From the NCBI RefSeq assembly GCF_009914755.1, contig NC_060929.1: DNA of 64,000 nt. One strand, written 5' to 3'. Under the pieces are notes generated by a model. That model did no database searches and was not told where the DNA came from. It was given only the letters and a program-made list of their open reading frames with translations. A program made the position numbers and the translations under genes. Source of the DNA: the human T2T-CHM13v2.0 reference genome, Homo sapiens. Positions 14,750-31,098 of the stretch are shown here, one piece after another; position 1 is the stretch's first letter, and every line of letters begins with the position of its first letter.

Positions 14750-15010
14750 ATAAACATTTATTGCACAACTACCAGGTGCCTGGCAGTGTCCTTGGTTCCA
14801 GGAAGACAAAATAAGTCCTTGACAAACCTAGCAAAGAAACTGCTATGTAAACAAATAGTTACACGACAGTGTCAAATATTTAATAATAACAACACACGCA
14901 CAGTGCAGCGGTCATGTGGATACCTATGCAGTGGTATTCTATGGGAAAGAGGTGGTTCACTGGTCATCTACAAGGGGATCTTTGAGATGAGAACAGAGAA
15001 ATAAATGCAC
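14750..15010 (-). mobile_element. L2 3' end fragment
   Basis: aaacatttattgcacaactaccaggtgcctggcagtgt resembles the reverse-complement L2 tail. Confidence 0.55.
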
Positions 15011-15257
15011 ATTATGCCAGCTCATGCAAAACACAGAATGCATCGCCACTTTCACACCAACAGGTATAAACATTACCTTTTCTGAACATATGGAAAATAT
15101 TTTAATCTAAAGACTGAGGACAAGCTAGCTCAGCAAGTCAGAGGAAGACAGCATGATTGAATTTCTCTGGACAGGGCTGTTTGAAAACATTTGGCAAACA
15201 TTAGGTCGATTTGACAAAAATGACACTTTCACAGTGTAAAAAAAAAAAAAAAAAAAG

Positions 15258-15594
<337 letters not shown>

Positions 15595-15680
15595 TTAAAC
15601 CCATAAATATATAATTCTTTCTCTTTCCCAGCTCCTTTCTCAGTCTAAGGGTAGATAAATTGGAAGAACCTGAATATTAA

Positions 15681-16313
<633 letters not shown>

Positions 16314-17205
16314 AAAGGCTAATTTATTATTAATCATAATCACAAACATATTGGCAAAGAAATGTAACTCCTAAAGAATAAAAATGACTAAAAGATCAAG
16401 AGTTTTTAAAGTATTATAATTTTGGCTTAAAAACTATATAAATTTGAGCTGGACAAGAGAAATAAACATACATAACCAGTTGCCTTTAGTTTCCTATAAA
16501 GACTTGCAAACAGGCAGATGGAAAAGGGGAGAAAATCTGCAGGTCAACTGATCTTGACAGATAATGCAGTATCTGTACTTTCACGTCAAAAATTTATAAC
16601 AAGTGATTCTTAAATATCACTTTATAATACAGGTATAGTCACATTTCATAGAAGTTGAGAGAAAAATGTGCATGACCACTTTTTATGTATTTCTCCATTC
16701 AAAATAGCAAACAGGAATCCCACAACTTAGAAAGATGGGTTCCCTTGAATGCAAGTTATCACCCTAGGGTGGGCTTCAGAGCCAGAAAAATGACTGAAAA
16801 TCCACAGAAAGAGAAAAATCCAGAAAAGACAGCTTAAGCTCAAGTACTCATGTCCACAAGTCAACATTTTCCCTCGGTCAGTCTACAACTCCATGACTTC
16901 TTTCCGTGGCAGAACACTTAGAAACTGAACACAACACAGCGTATTCACAAGCAGCAAGGTCAAACTACCTCGATGTGCAGAAGGCCCTTCCACAGAAAGT
17001 AAATCCCCACTAATAAAACCTAGGCAATAAACTCTAGGAAAACATGATTTTTGACCCAAGTTTCTAATGTGGCAAATCCCTTGAAAACATAATTTTACTT
17101 AGATTAACAAGAATTCTCAAAAGGCAAGAAATACTCTCTGAAAACAAAAATAAGCATTCACTCAAACGTGAGGATCTTTTTAAAGGAATTACAAGTGGAA
17201 CTTAC

Positions 17206-17364
17206 ATATATTTGATTTCTCTTATACCGCTGGAATAAGTTATACATGATGGAGCCGCCATGGAGCTCTGTCAAGGACGCCATGTCATCCACGCCCTCCT
17301 CGTTCGTGGGGTGCATAGCAGTCACCTTCTGGTGGGTAATTGTGCTCTGCTTGTAAGTGAATAC
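17206..17364 (-). CDS. MYO10: MYO10 (myosin-X) internal coding exon 3: end of the N-terminal SH3-like domain and start of the motor domain
   Basis: Translates as VFTYKQSTITHQKVTAMHPTNEEGVDDMASLTELHGGSIMYNLFQRYKRNQIY, matching myosin-X residues ~41-93 as I recall them and including the myosin DDM-x-L motif. Acceptor TTCCTCTCCCTCCCTCAG|GTA, donor TAT|GTAAGT, 159 nt, phase 0/0. Confidence 0.97.
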
Positions 17365-17529
17365 CTGAGGGAGGGAGAGGAATTCAATTATTTCATTATC
17401 AGCAGTAAGTGATTTTTCACACAAGTTTCCCAAACTGACAATACAATCTCGGTATAATTTCAGGAAAAAGATTCTAAATTGGACAATCAAAAATATATCG
17501 CAAAAATCTCTTTCATTTTATGTCACCTA

Positions 17530-17571
17530 TCTCTCTCTCTCTCTCTGTGTGTGTATGTATGTGTGTGTGTG

Positions 17572-17617
<46 letters not shown>
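17530..17617. repeat. Compound microsatellite (CT)n(GT)n(AT)n
   Basis: Directly visible. Confidence 0.95.
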
Positions 17618-17625
17618 CACATATC

Positions 17626-17927
17626 TTTGTTGTTGTTGTTGTTTTGAGGCATGATTTCACTCTGTTACTCAGGCTGGAGTGCAGTGGCATGATTACAGCT
17701 CACCGCAGCCTCCACCTCTGAGACTCAAGTGATCCTCCCACCTCAGCCTCCCGAGCTGGGACTACAGGCATGTGCCACCAGCCAGCTAATTTTTGCATTT
17801 TTTTTTTTTTAGATACAGGGTTTTGTCATGTTGCCCAGGCTGGTCTCAAACCCCTGGGCTCAAGCAATCCACCTGTCTTGGCCCCCCAGAAGTGCTGGGA
17901 TTACAGGCATGAGCCACAGAGCCCAGC
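17626..17927 (-). mobile_element. AluJ with (GTT)n tail
   Basis: Reverse-complement Alu; TSD tgtcacctat at 17521 and 17928. Confidence 0.88.
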
Positions 17928-19994
17928 TGTCACCTATATATTTCTAAAAGAAGCAATTATTTTGACCATTGCTATTAGATGTTCCTAAAAGATATTAGTT
18001 CAAGTATGAACCATCTTTTGGGAATCACAGAAATTATAAACTTATAGTTCACTTCTCTGCATTATTTCTCCATTTGATATAAATCAGTAACAATTAAGAA
18101 ACTTTCTAAGTTTTAGAAAGTAATTTGGTTTCCCTATATAATGTTTCATATTGAATCACATAATTTCAAAGCTTTATAATAGTTATTCCATTTAATTATT
18201 AATTTAAGTACTTTAAATATGGTATACGTTCATATTGATTAAATAGTCTATATATCTTTTCAAAGACTGGAACGCATCATCACAGGAATGTTTAGAAAAT
18301 CTCCTTGGACAATATTCCCTTTCAACCAGGATATATAGCATTTGTGTACTCTCTCGGCAGAACAAATGCATTCTGATTTAAAATAAAATTGGTTTTTTTG
18401 TTTGCTCAAGAACCTATCTTCTTTAAAATTCCAAAAACAGCAATGAGCGCTACAGACATGTTATAGCATGTACATAAGGTGACTCTGGTACCGTCAGATT
18501 GCTGAATTTGCATGGATTTCTAATGTCTACTCAGTGCTCTTCGTCCTAAGTGATTTGGTTCAGGATTAACCACATCACATTAAGCTCCATCTGTTGACCA
18601 AAGCTTGACCAGCTTTACAAACTCAAGCAATAACAAAATCATTTGATTGCGGAGTTCCACTCTGTATTTACTCATTTACTAGAGTTGGTAGTTTTTAAAT
18701 ACTTGGATTACAATCCTCCTTTGAGTAAAATAAAAACATCAAGAGATTTAAAAAAAAAAGGATGTTAAATAACATGAAAAGTGCTCAGCCTTCAGACACG
18801 CACAAACTGGCATGTGCATGTGTGCACACAAAACAATTTTCTGCAATCATATGTGTGGAATGTTTTTATTGGAGAGGCTATTTTTAGATACTGACTGGCT
18901 GCCTACATGGCAACAAATGGTATGTTATTGCAAAGGAGAATGACACACTAAGAAATGCAAAAGTACCAATCCAATGGTTTTTTTTCATGAGCCATGACAA
19001 ATGGCATGTTTCATTTTTCTAGAGAAAAATTACAACTTCAGCAGTAGCATTTCTGCCACATGAACCACTAGAGTTGGTCAAGCCAGTCCTGAGAAACTGC
19101 TCGAGGCCAAGATAGGGACCCACCCGTCTCTTATGAAGAAAAGCCACTGTCCCCAGCTGCTTCCTGGGCTCAGACATCCACCAGGAGAGGAGACAGTCCT
19201 AGTGGCCCCATCTCATGGTAAGGTGGCCAACCCTGCCACATGAGCCCCACAGGGCTGGCAGAGGCCTGGGGCCACCTAGGGAGCAGGGTAGAAGTGCTTC
19301 GCACCCAGAAGGCACAAGGACATTCAAGAGTGAAGAAACATGTAGACCCTTCATTTTAAGTCATCAACACCATGGAAGAAAGTTAAGAAACAGAAACTTA
19401 GGCCAGAGTCAAAGCAGCCTTGGGGCAACCTAGAAATTCCCAGAAGTTAAATAGCTAGAATGCCCTGCCTTCCCCTAGCACGCCACATCCCCATGATGCC
19501 AATCCAGGCACATTTTCAGAAGAGCTACAACCAGACAGGTACTTGCGTCTTCCAAAGAAAAGTGCCGACCAGGGTGGGGCAGAAAAAGAACTTGCCTGCT
19601 GGTCAACTCTCGGCCAACCAAGTAGTATAAAGTAGGGCCCATGCCACCTGCCAGCTCCCGGCACACACCTGAGGTCTCATCTCACTCTGCTGACTCAAGG
19701 CTCCTGCCAGCGCAACTCGAGTTCCCTTCCCAAATTTTCTTCTAAGCAAGAAGACAGGGCACTGAAGCCAGCACAACTATCTCCCTCTCCAGCCCCTGCA
19801 AACTCACCAACAGCAAGTCCTTCTCAACGTGAAAACAAACAGCTTCTACTAACTGTCACTCTAGGTATACTGAGAAATCCAGATTTTGAAGATTTAGAAT
19901 ATTATAATTTTTACTTGTATTTATAGATACATATTCTGCTTTCTGGAAATAATCATACATAATACTTAAGACACTACAAAACACAGACACTAAT

Positions 19995-20365
19995 TATATT
20001 TTACATATATGTAATATACACATACTTATTACATATAATGTGTATGGTATATATTTCACACATATAAAACATCTTATATGTAATACATATATCTTATATG
20101 TATTTTACATATATAAAACATCTTATATATTATATATTATACATCTATACATATAAAACATCTTATATATATTATATAAGATCTTATATCTTAAGATACC
20201 TTATATCCTAATATATTATGTAAGATGTTTATATACATATATGTATAATATATAATATATAAGATGTTTTATATACGTATAATGTATAATATATAATATA
20301 TAAAATGTTTTGTATATGTATGTATATGTATGTATAAAATATCTATATAAGGTATATATATAAAA
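19995..20365. repeat. AT-rich low-complexity repeat with palindromic organisation
   Basis: Repeated tataaaacatcttata units, then their reverse complement; 20110-20144 is the exact reverse complement of 20241-20275. Confidence 0.9.
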
Positions 20366-20396
20366 TGACTTAATGTTTACATCCTATGTAATTATC

Positions 20397-20513
20397 TTGC
20401 TGTTCCTGGTGCATCAAAAAAGACAATGAAATGTGTACATCCTATGTGTACCTCCTATGTGTACATCCTATGTACACATTTCATTGTCTTTTTTGATGCA
20501 CCAGGAATAGCAA
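20397..20513. repeat. Near-perfect inverted repeat (44-bp arms, 1 mismatch, 29-nt spacer made of 13-mer tandem units)
   Basis: 20397-20440 pairs with 20470-20513 at 43 of 44 positions. Confidence 0.95.
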
Positions 20514-20534
20514 AATCATGTATAGCCCAAGTGA

Positions 20535-20937
<403 letters not shown>

Positions 20938-21307
20938 CCTTTCCTCCTATTTTCAGGAGCACATGACGCATGCCCATTCCAGGGGTGGAAAAATCAAGAG
21001 AACTAGAACCATTCCTTCTCAGGACCACAGGAAGACAGAATCATGACGGGAGACAATCGCTACATGAATAAAACAGAAGGCTAGGAAGAGGGGGAAAAAA
21101 AAGCATTATTTCAAGATACAGGATTGCAGCTGCTCAAAACAATGTGTATTTCAAAAAAAAAAAAAGAATAGTAGAGAAAAATGTATTTGTGGAGGAAAAG
21201 CAAGGATAAACCATCCATTCAGAGGTGGGCTCAAGTTGGTAAAGACCTTAGAACATTGTCTGGCATTCAGAAGGTGCTAAATAAGGATCAGATACATTTA
21301 GAAATTT

Positions 21308-21446
21308 GGGGAGAGCATCAGGAAGAATAGCTAATGGATGCTGGGCTTAAGACCTAGGTGATGGGATGGCGTGTGCGGCAAGCCACCACGGCACACGTTT
21401 ACCTACGTGACAAACTAAACTTAAAATAAAAGTTGGAAAAAAAAAA
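21308..21446 (+). mobile_element. L1PA (older primate) 3' UTR fragment with internal deletion
   Basis: agcatcaggaagaatagctaatggatgctgggcttaa...acacgtttaccta...aataaaagttggaaaa. Confidence 0.85.
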
Positions 21447-21496
21447 CGAGTCAAGCAAATAATTCCTATGAGGAAAAAATTTTAGAAATTTAGAAA

Positions 21497-21770
21497 ATCA
21501 CTCATTCAAGCAAATTTTTAAACATTGTTTGGCTGGTGTGTTCTAGGCACTGGGGATCGAGCTTACATTCCAATTCAAGGGAAGAAAATAAAAAACAAAT
21601 ATACAAGTGAATAGACAGTATCGCAGGTGGTGATGGAGTCTATGAAACGTAATGAAGGTCAGGGTGGACTAAGGAGTACCTGGGGGTTATAATTACATCA
21701 GGTATTCAGGGGCAGCCTGATGGATTAATATTAAAGGAGAAACCCTAAGGAGGTGAGAAACAGAACCAGC
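21497..21770 (-). mobile_element. L2 fragment
   Basis: cactcattcaagcaaa...tgttctaggcactgggga resembles the reverse-complement L2 3' end. Confidence 0.55.
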
Positions 21771-21819
21771 GCCCTGCGTTCTAGTATCTTAATACATTAT
21801 TGGGTGAGTGAACACCTGA

Positions 21820-22156
<337 letters not shown>

Positions 22157-22329
22157 TAATTTGGAAAGATTTCAAAGGATTAAAGAGACCCACAATCTTA
22201 CTGAAGAATTTCTTAAGAGAGATTCTTGAACTATCAAAAGTCACCTCTATGTGCAACAATTAGCAGGGTATTAGTCGTGCAAGGTATACAGCAGGAAAGA
22301 AAACTCTAAGTTTAAAGAATGGCATTACT

Positions 22330-22966
<637 letters not shown>

Positions 22967-23474
22967 GGGGGCGGGGGGCGGGGGGCGGTTATTTTTATGG
23001 AACTTTTCCTGAAGGAAACAAGGGCCACAATACTGTAACAAGATGTTTTTCTAAAAATCACAAGTTGGAATAAACTGAGTTACTTTAATGGAGCATAAAC
23101 TATGGAAAAGGAGGGAAGGAATGAGCAAAACATGGAGGATTAACAGACAAGAAATCCACTTGGATAAAATGATACCTGAGAACAAACTGTTCTGTTCTAG
23201 AAGTACAAACCGCTGGTAACATGGTGAACTGGATTGGCGTGGGGGCAGAACAAAGGAAACTGATCAATACGACTGAAAACATAACTTGGAGAAGGGGCTT
23301 ATACACAGATTTCTTTTATTACAAGTCATTAGGAGCCCCCAGTCTTAAAACCTAACTTTTCCAACTGAAGGGAAATTAAAATGAAAAAATAAAAACCCTA
23401 ATCGCTAGATGACATACAGAGTATTCTCAAGCACAGCATCTTCCTCTCACACTAGCTTGGCTTTTCTCCTAGAG

Positions 23475-23625
23475 TAGAGGTTCTCAATCTCCTTCCCGCC
23501 CCCGCCACTGCTGGGGACACTCGACAACACCTGGAAAGATTTGTGGTTGTTAGAATTTGGGGGAGAGGAGAAGGGTGCTACCTGGCATTAAATGGGCACA
23601 GACCAGGAATGCTGCCAAACATCAA
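23475..23625 (-). mobile_element. MER20 fragment
   Basis: ggttctcaa...ggggacact...ggtgctacctggcatt...accaggaatgctgccaaacatc. Confidence 0.7.
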
Positions 23626-23747
23626 AGTGATACCCAATACTACCCAAAATGACAATAGTACGGTCTAGAAATGTCCTGAGATGCCAAACAACCAGATGTC
23701 TACCCAGACACTAAGTAAAAATGATGACAATAAGCCAATGCCTGTAA

Positions 23748-24091
<344 letters not shown>

Positions 24092-24319
24092 CTTTCAAAA
24101 ACAATCGAAGAAATAAAAACACTGAACAGAGGTAAATCAAAATCAGCATGACAATATTATGTCATATTATATTCATTCGTTTTTATTTGACCCAAGTTAA
24201 GGAGGAGGAGGAGGATTTCTAGGAATTGGAGACTGTTTACATTTTTGAGATTTTCTAATTGTACTGCATTAATTATGGTCAAACAATATGGTCCACACTA
24301 TCTCTGTTTCTGAGAATAT

Positions 24320-24850
24320 TCCTTTGCTCCTTCCTGGCCCTGGATCTTGCACCTCTTCCCATGTCTGGGCAACTGTCTTCCTGCTACTCTCCTCCTTGGG
24401 GTCTCAGCTCAAATGCTATCCTCTCGGAAGACACCAGTGGTCTTGCCCAGAGGCACCCCTGCCACTCTCTTCCTTATTCTATCACGTGTGTGTCCTCATT
24501 GCTCCTTATGACACATTATAATCACTTATCCATTATCTTGTTTAAAAGCCATCACACGCCCACCCTGGAACCTCTTGGTCAGGATCTTTCACACTCTTCT
24601 GACCACGACCCACAGTGAGAAATGTTTTTCCCTGTGAACTACTGTAGTTTAACAAAAGTTTCCTAACACAACACTCAGCATCACAACGTTTGATGCCTCC
24701 CTATATTTTATATCCTATTTCATTTCTTTTAAATGCCAGCTATGACCCTCTCAGTTGACTTCACGTTTCACTACTCTGAGGCAGGAACCCAGCCCATCTT
24801 GTCCCCAGTGCCCAGCCCTGGCAGACTCAACAAATACTGAAGGAATGGTC
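24320..24850 (+). mobile_element. L2 fragments
   Basis: ggtctcagctcaaatgctatcctctcgg; ccccagtgcccagccctggcagactcaacaaatactgaagg. Confidence 0.55.
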
Positions 24851-24896
24851 CTGGCCCTCAAAATGGGTATTATACATACAGAAAGGCAGAGTGGAC

Positions 24897-25413
<517 letters not shown>

Positions 25414-25419
25414 TTAGAA

Positions 25420-25640
25420 TCATTTCTAGCTGGATTGACCTCTCCTAGATCTATGCTACCTATAACTTAAGGACAACAAACAAGATTTTCATTTCTCTGG
25501 CCCAGTATTTTCTCCGTCTGTAAAATAAGGATGATGATCAGAGACAACTCATAGAATTACCATAAAAACTAAGGAAAATAATCTAGGTAAAAGTCACAGT
25601 GACTGGCATACAACAAGAACACAATAAAAGGTAGCAATTC
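25420..25640 (+). mobile_element. MIR
   Basis: tctctggcccagtattttctccgtctgtaaaataaggatgatga resembles the MIR core. Confidence 0.65.
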
Positions 25641-26404
25641 CTATCAGGGGAACAGAATACAAAGAACAACATAGAGCATTCTATGAGGAAAAAGCAAGAG
25701 TCTCAGGGAGTGCGGCAGGAGGAGCCCAGGCTCTGAAGATGAGAGAGAACACACTCTCCGGAACAGCTCCTGTGCGGGAGGAAGGAGCGGGCAAAGGGAG
25801 GCTGCGTGTGCGTTCTCCATGTTTTATGACAACCTTGCCTGTAAGCTCTCTGATGAAAATCTATTTGTCATAACACTCTCTTCTCCTATTTTAATCCCTT
25901 TGCACGAAGTTGGCTGGCCTCGTTTAGATTTTTCCTGGAATTCCACGTTGTTTCTGGGGATGTCGCTCTTATTTTCCTCCTTTCGTGTATTGGCTCTTTA
26001 ATTCATGAATCAAAGTAGTGATCAATAACAAAGGTTGTTAAGATATCTGCCTCCTGACATATGGCTGAAATTAGCAATCATGTAAACAAAAACGAGCTTA
26101 TGTTCAGCTTCACTGACCCTGTGCTTTCAATGACTGGTGTATGCGTGCTTAAGCTCCATGATTATTTTGTACTGAGTAATTTATACTTTTATGGCGTTCC
26201 TTTGCAACCAAGAAGAGTCTAAGAAGAAAACAATCCACCTAACTGCAAATCTGCCTTTTCCTATTGTTTTTGCTGCTTCCTCACAAGACTGGAGAAATTA
26301 TTTGGGGGCAAGAAAACGTCAAGTCCCCTAGAGAATTTCATTGGAATCTAATCAAAAGGAAATTCACACAGGTCTACTCTGCTAGCGTGCGGAGGAAAAA
26401 ATAG

Positions 26405-26800
<396 letters not shown>

Positions 26801-26979
26801 TAACTCTTCTGCTACTTTGTTAGATAACTATGAAGTATAGATAACACAAAGATTGTTAGTTTCTTTTTCAAAGACTCAAACTAGTTTGTGAAATTAAGTC
26901 CTTTAAACTGTCATCAGGTTTTCAATGCCCAGTGTATCCTTTAGGTGCCAAAACAAAATAAGAGGGCCAAGCAGAGGGA

Positions 26980-27370
26980 ACGGGTTTATTAAGTGCCAGC
27001 TGCATGCATCAGACATTGCTAATGTTACCTCATTTGATCCTCAGATGGGGAGGTAATACTGATGCTCATTTTTAAAAGGATGAATTCACAGAGGATCAGA
27101 GAAGTCAGGAAACTTCCCCAACAGCACACAGCACAGGGAGAGTTCAATTTCTTGGTATCATGGGGAAGCATGCGTGGTAGAGTCAGACCTTAGAGGGCCA
27201 CGTGTTCAGAGATGGCCTTTTGAATTCCAGCTCCGCCACTTCCTTACTGGCTATGAGTCCCTGGGCACATTCCTCACCCTGAATTGATGTTCGAATGTAT
27301 ACGGTAAAGGCATTAGTATCTCCGCGGCAGAGATGCTGAGGCTTAGATTGGTGAGGGCAGCACACAGCTC
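26980..27370. mobile_element. Two MIR fragments in opposite orientation
   Basis: ctcatttttaaaaggatga...agagaagtcaggaaacttcccca (minus); tttgaattccagctccgccacttccttactggctatgagtccctgggcac (plus). Confidence 0.6.
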
Positions 27371-27540
27371 ACCCCTGCCTGGCCCACTGCTGGTGCTACT
27401 GTCCCCTTAGCCCTCCACTTTGCTTGAGTTGCTCCTCTTTTAAATTGACAAAGAGAACGTGGTGTGATTACATCATGAAGATGAAGGCAAAGAGATCGCT
27501 GAGGGTGGATGCCCTGGGAATGGAGTCAAAAGCAAAGAAG

Positions 27541-27903
<363 letters not shown>

Positions 27904-27923
27904 TCACTTTCCTGGTACACTAA

Positions 27924-28075
27924 GTTTGTTTTGTTTTGTTTTGTTTTGAGACAGGTTCTCACTCTGTCACCCAGGCTGGAGTGAACTACAGCCTGGAACT
28001 CCTGGGCTCAAGCAGTCCTCCCGCCTCAGCCTACAGAGTTAACTGGGACTACAGGTGCACACCACCATGCCCAGC
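27924..28075 (-). mobile_element. Alu right-arm fragment (J/FRAM-like) with (TTTTG)n tail
   Basis: Reverse-complement monomer with internal deletion. Confidence 0.8.
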
Positions 28076-28099
28076 CCCAGTGTACTAGGTTTAATCTCA

Positions 28100-28500
28100 C
28101 TCATTTATTCCGTTACTTTTCATTTATTTACTCTCTTTTAAGTTTCCTCAATCACTCATGGTGGCCTGTTAGCTGGACCCTGGGGATACAATGATTAATT
28201 AAACAGCCCCTCCCTGCAAAGAGTTTACAGTCCACTGAGGGTTCTGAAAAATAGGCAATCCTGACAGTGCAGTAGGGGCTGTTATGGTAGAAATGCCCAG
28301 GGCACAATAGAGATGATCCATGTGGGACAGGTAATGGCCAGGAGGGACACAGATGCAAGGGTGATGTGGCACGGGGCATCTGTGGTTGAGCGTGGCTGCA
28401 GCAGGGGCTGACTTGGGAAGGGCCCCCTGTGCCCTGGGTGCTGCCTGGCTTCTGACCTGAAGGACATGAAAGGCACATAAGTAGTTAGGGAGGGCACAGA
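28100..28500 (-). mobile_element. L2 fragment
   Basis: ccctgggggatacaatgattaattaaacagcccctccctgcaaagagtttacagtc. Confidence 0.55.
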
Positions 28501-29080
28501 ATCTTCTCTACCTGCTCATCATCATGGACAACACTAACATCAAACACAGCACCGAGACTTTCTAGAGACAAGAGATAAAGAATAAATCTCACTGCAAGAT
28601 GCAATTCAACAGAAACTCCACAGGAAAGCAATCTTCTGAATCCTCTTGAGGAGCAATCGCCACAAACACTGCTGTTCCCAAAATGGAAGGTTTCTTCCTG
28701 CCGTCATGTACACAAATCGCGCACCCCCAAAAGTATCAGGGATGGTGCACACAACATCATAAAGCTGCTGGCAGACCAGTCACTGAGCGGTAAATACTAA
28801 CCATCCAGCTCAAACCTTTCTGACAGCGCCGCAGGGCTGCAGGCAGGCTAACAGGATAAGTCAAGAAGTCTGAAACATCCAGGGGCTAGTGTGCCAGCAG
28901 CACATCTGCCAGTGGAGATGCCACACAACAAGCAGTGCAGACGCAACGAACACACTTTCACAGTAACTACTCAGCAACCAGAAAGGCCTCGGTGATACCC
29001 AGGCCCTGAGCACTCTTGGTAACTTAAGAGGAAAAAGTTAAATGCCACACAAAGTTAGCTCAGTTGGAAGGAACGGCTAA

Positions 29081-29115
29081 TACACACACACACACACGCA
29101 CACGCACACGCACAC
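29081..29115. repeat. (CA)n/(CACG)n microsatellite
   Basis: Directly visible. Confidence 0.9.
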
Positions 29116-29152
29116 AAGAATATACTAGGATAGTTGTACATTAAGGAAAACC

Positions 29153-29519
<367 letters not shown>

Positions 29520-29874
29520 TTAAATCCTCAACTACAGTACTTTGTTTATTCACAAAAGAAAACTTTCTGTATAATTTTTAAGGGACATCTACTGCACAAA
29601 GAAAAGCATCCTTGTTGTTTTCGTTATGCTAAGATGTGTAATTAGAACGCTTTCTTGTTGCTTATACCCACTATGCAGGCCAAGTCTATCAAGAAAAAAA
29701 AAAAGATGTTCAAACTCTTCGAGCCAGTCTTTCCACATTTAGGAATTTAGTGTGCACAAAACAATCACTGTATAAAAATGGTTTTTTCATTGTGGAGTTA
29801 TACTAAAATGAATTTGTAATAAAATTCTACTATGCATATATGTAGTATAATCCTAACGTTATTTTTTTAATAGG

Positions 29875-29916
29875 CACACACACACACACACTCACACACA
29901 CACACACACACACACA
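29875..29916. repeat. (CA)n microsatellite
   Basis: Directly visible. Confidence 0.95.
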
Positions 29917-29919
29917 GGG

Positions 29920-30293
29920 CGACTGTACTCTTGGGCCTTCATTCTAAAAACTTACATTTGCAAAAAAACTTGCACACAAATATTTATAGCACATTTACAA
30001 TAGGCAAAAGCTGAAAAAGCCAATTCCTGGTTACATGCTATGTGATTCTATTCATAGAATATTCTTGAAATGACAAAATTACAGAGGATGAAGAACAGAC
30101 TGGTGGTTGCCAGAGGCTAAGGAGGGAACTGGGCAGGAGGGTAATGAGGATGGCTGTGAAGGGCAACAGGAGGGTCCTGTGCTGATGGAAATGATCTGTA
30201 TCCACTGCGTCAATGTCAATATCCTGGCTGGGATGTTACGCTCTGGTTTTGCAAGATGTCACTGAGGGAAGCTGAGTAAAGGAGACATGGGAC
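29920..30293 (+). mobile_element. Old L1 (L1MC/MD-like) 3' fragment
   Basis: aatgacaaaattacagag...ggtggttgccagagg...gtcaatatcctggctg...tttgcaagatgtcact. Confidence 0.7.
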
Positions 30294-31098
30294 CAAAAGA
30301 TGATACACAAATGGCCAAGAAACATATGAAAACATGTTCAACACCCCTAATGATCAGGAAATGCAAATCAAAACCACCATGTGACACCACCTTACTCCTG
30401 CAGGAACGGCCACAGTCAAAAAATTAAAAAAGAATCAATGTTGTCATGGATGCGGTGAACAGGGAACACTTCTACACTGCTGGTGGGAATGCAAACAAGT
30501 ACAACCACCATGGAAAACGGTGTGGAGATTCCTTAAAGAACTAAAAGTAGAACTACCATTTGATCCAGCAATCCCACTACTGGGTATCTACCCAGAGGAA
30601 AAGAAGTCATTATACAAAAAAGATACTTGCGCACGCACGTTTATAGCAGCACAATTCGCAATTGCAACAATGTGGAACCAGCCCAAATGCCCGTTAATCA
30701 ATGAGTGGATAAAGAAACTGTGGTATATATATATACAATGGAATACTACTCAGCCATAAAAAGGAATGAATTAATGGTATTCACAGCAACCTGGATGAGA
30801 CTGGAGACTATTATTCTAAGTGAAGTAACTCAGGAATGGAAAAACAAACATCGTATGTTCTCATTCATATGTGGGAGCAAAGCTATGAGGATGCAAAGGC
30901 GTAAGAATGACACAATGGACTTTGGGGAATCAATGGGAAAGGGTGGGAAGGGGGTGAGGGATAAAAGACTACAAATTGGGTGCAGTGTATACTACTCAGG
31001 TGATGGGTGCACCAAAATCTCTCTAATCACCACTAAAGAACTTATTCATATAACCAAACACCAACTGTTCCCCCAATAACCTATGGAAATAAAAAAAT
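30294..31098 (+). mobile_element. L1PB 3' end (ORF2 C-terminal remnant plus 3' UTR)
   Basis: ORF 30520-30759 [26 protein letters not shown] is the L1 ORF2p C-terminus; L1PB-type UTR (gggataaaagactacaaattggg); AATAAA at the end. Confidence 0.92.

Noticed and set aside
14555-15004. 149-aa plus-strand ORF
   Set aside because: It spans Tigger4a and L2 remnants, has no recognisable domain and is antisense to MYO10; most likely chance.
17158-17490. 110-aa ORF as a stand-alone gene
   Set aside because: Only 17206-17364 is myosin-like and bounded by canonical splice sites; the flanking residues are intron read-through from a non-ATG start.
20397-20513. MADE1/Hsmar1 MITE (mir-548 type)
   Set aside because: The arms share only ggtgca-aaa-like similarity with the MADE1 TIR (TTAGGTTGGTGCAAAAGTAATTGC), and the length and loop do not fit.
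30520-31079. L1 ORF2-like ORFs
   Set aside because: Short frameshifted C-terminal remnant of a 5'-truncated L1PB; not a functional gene.
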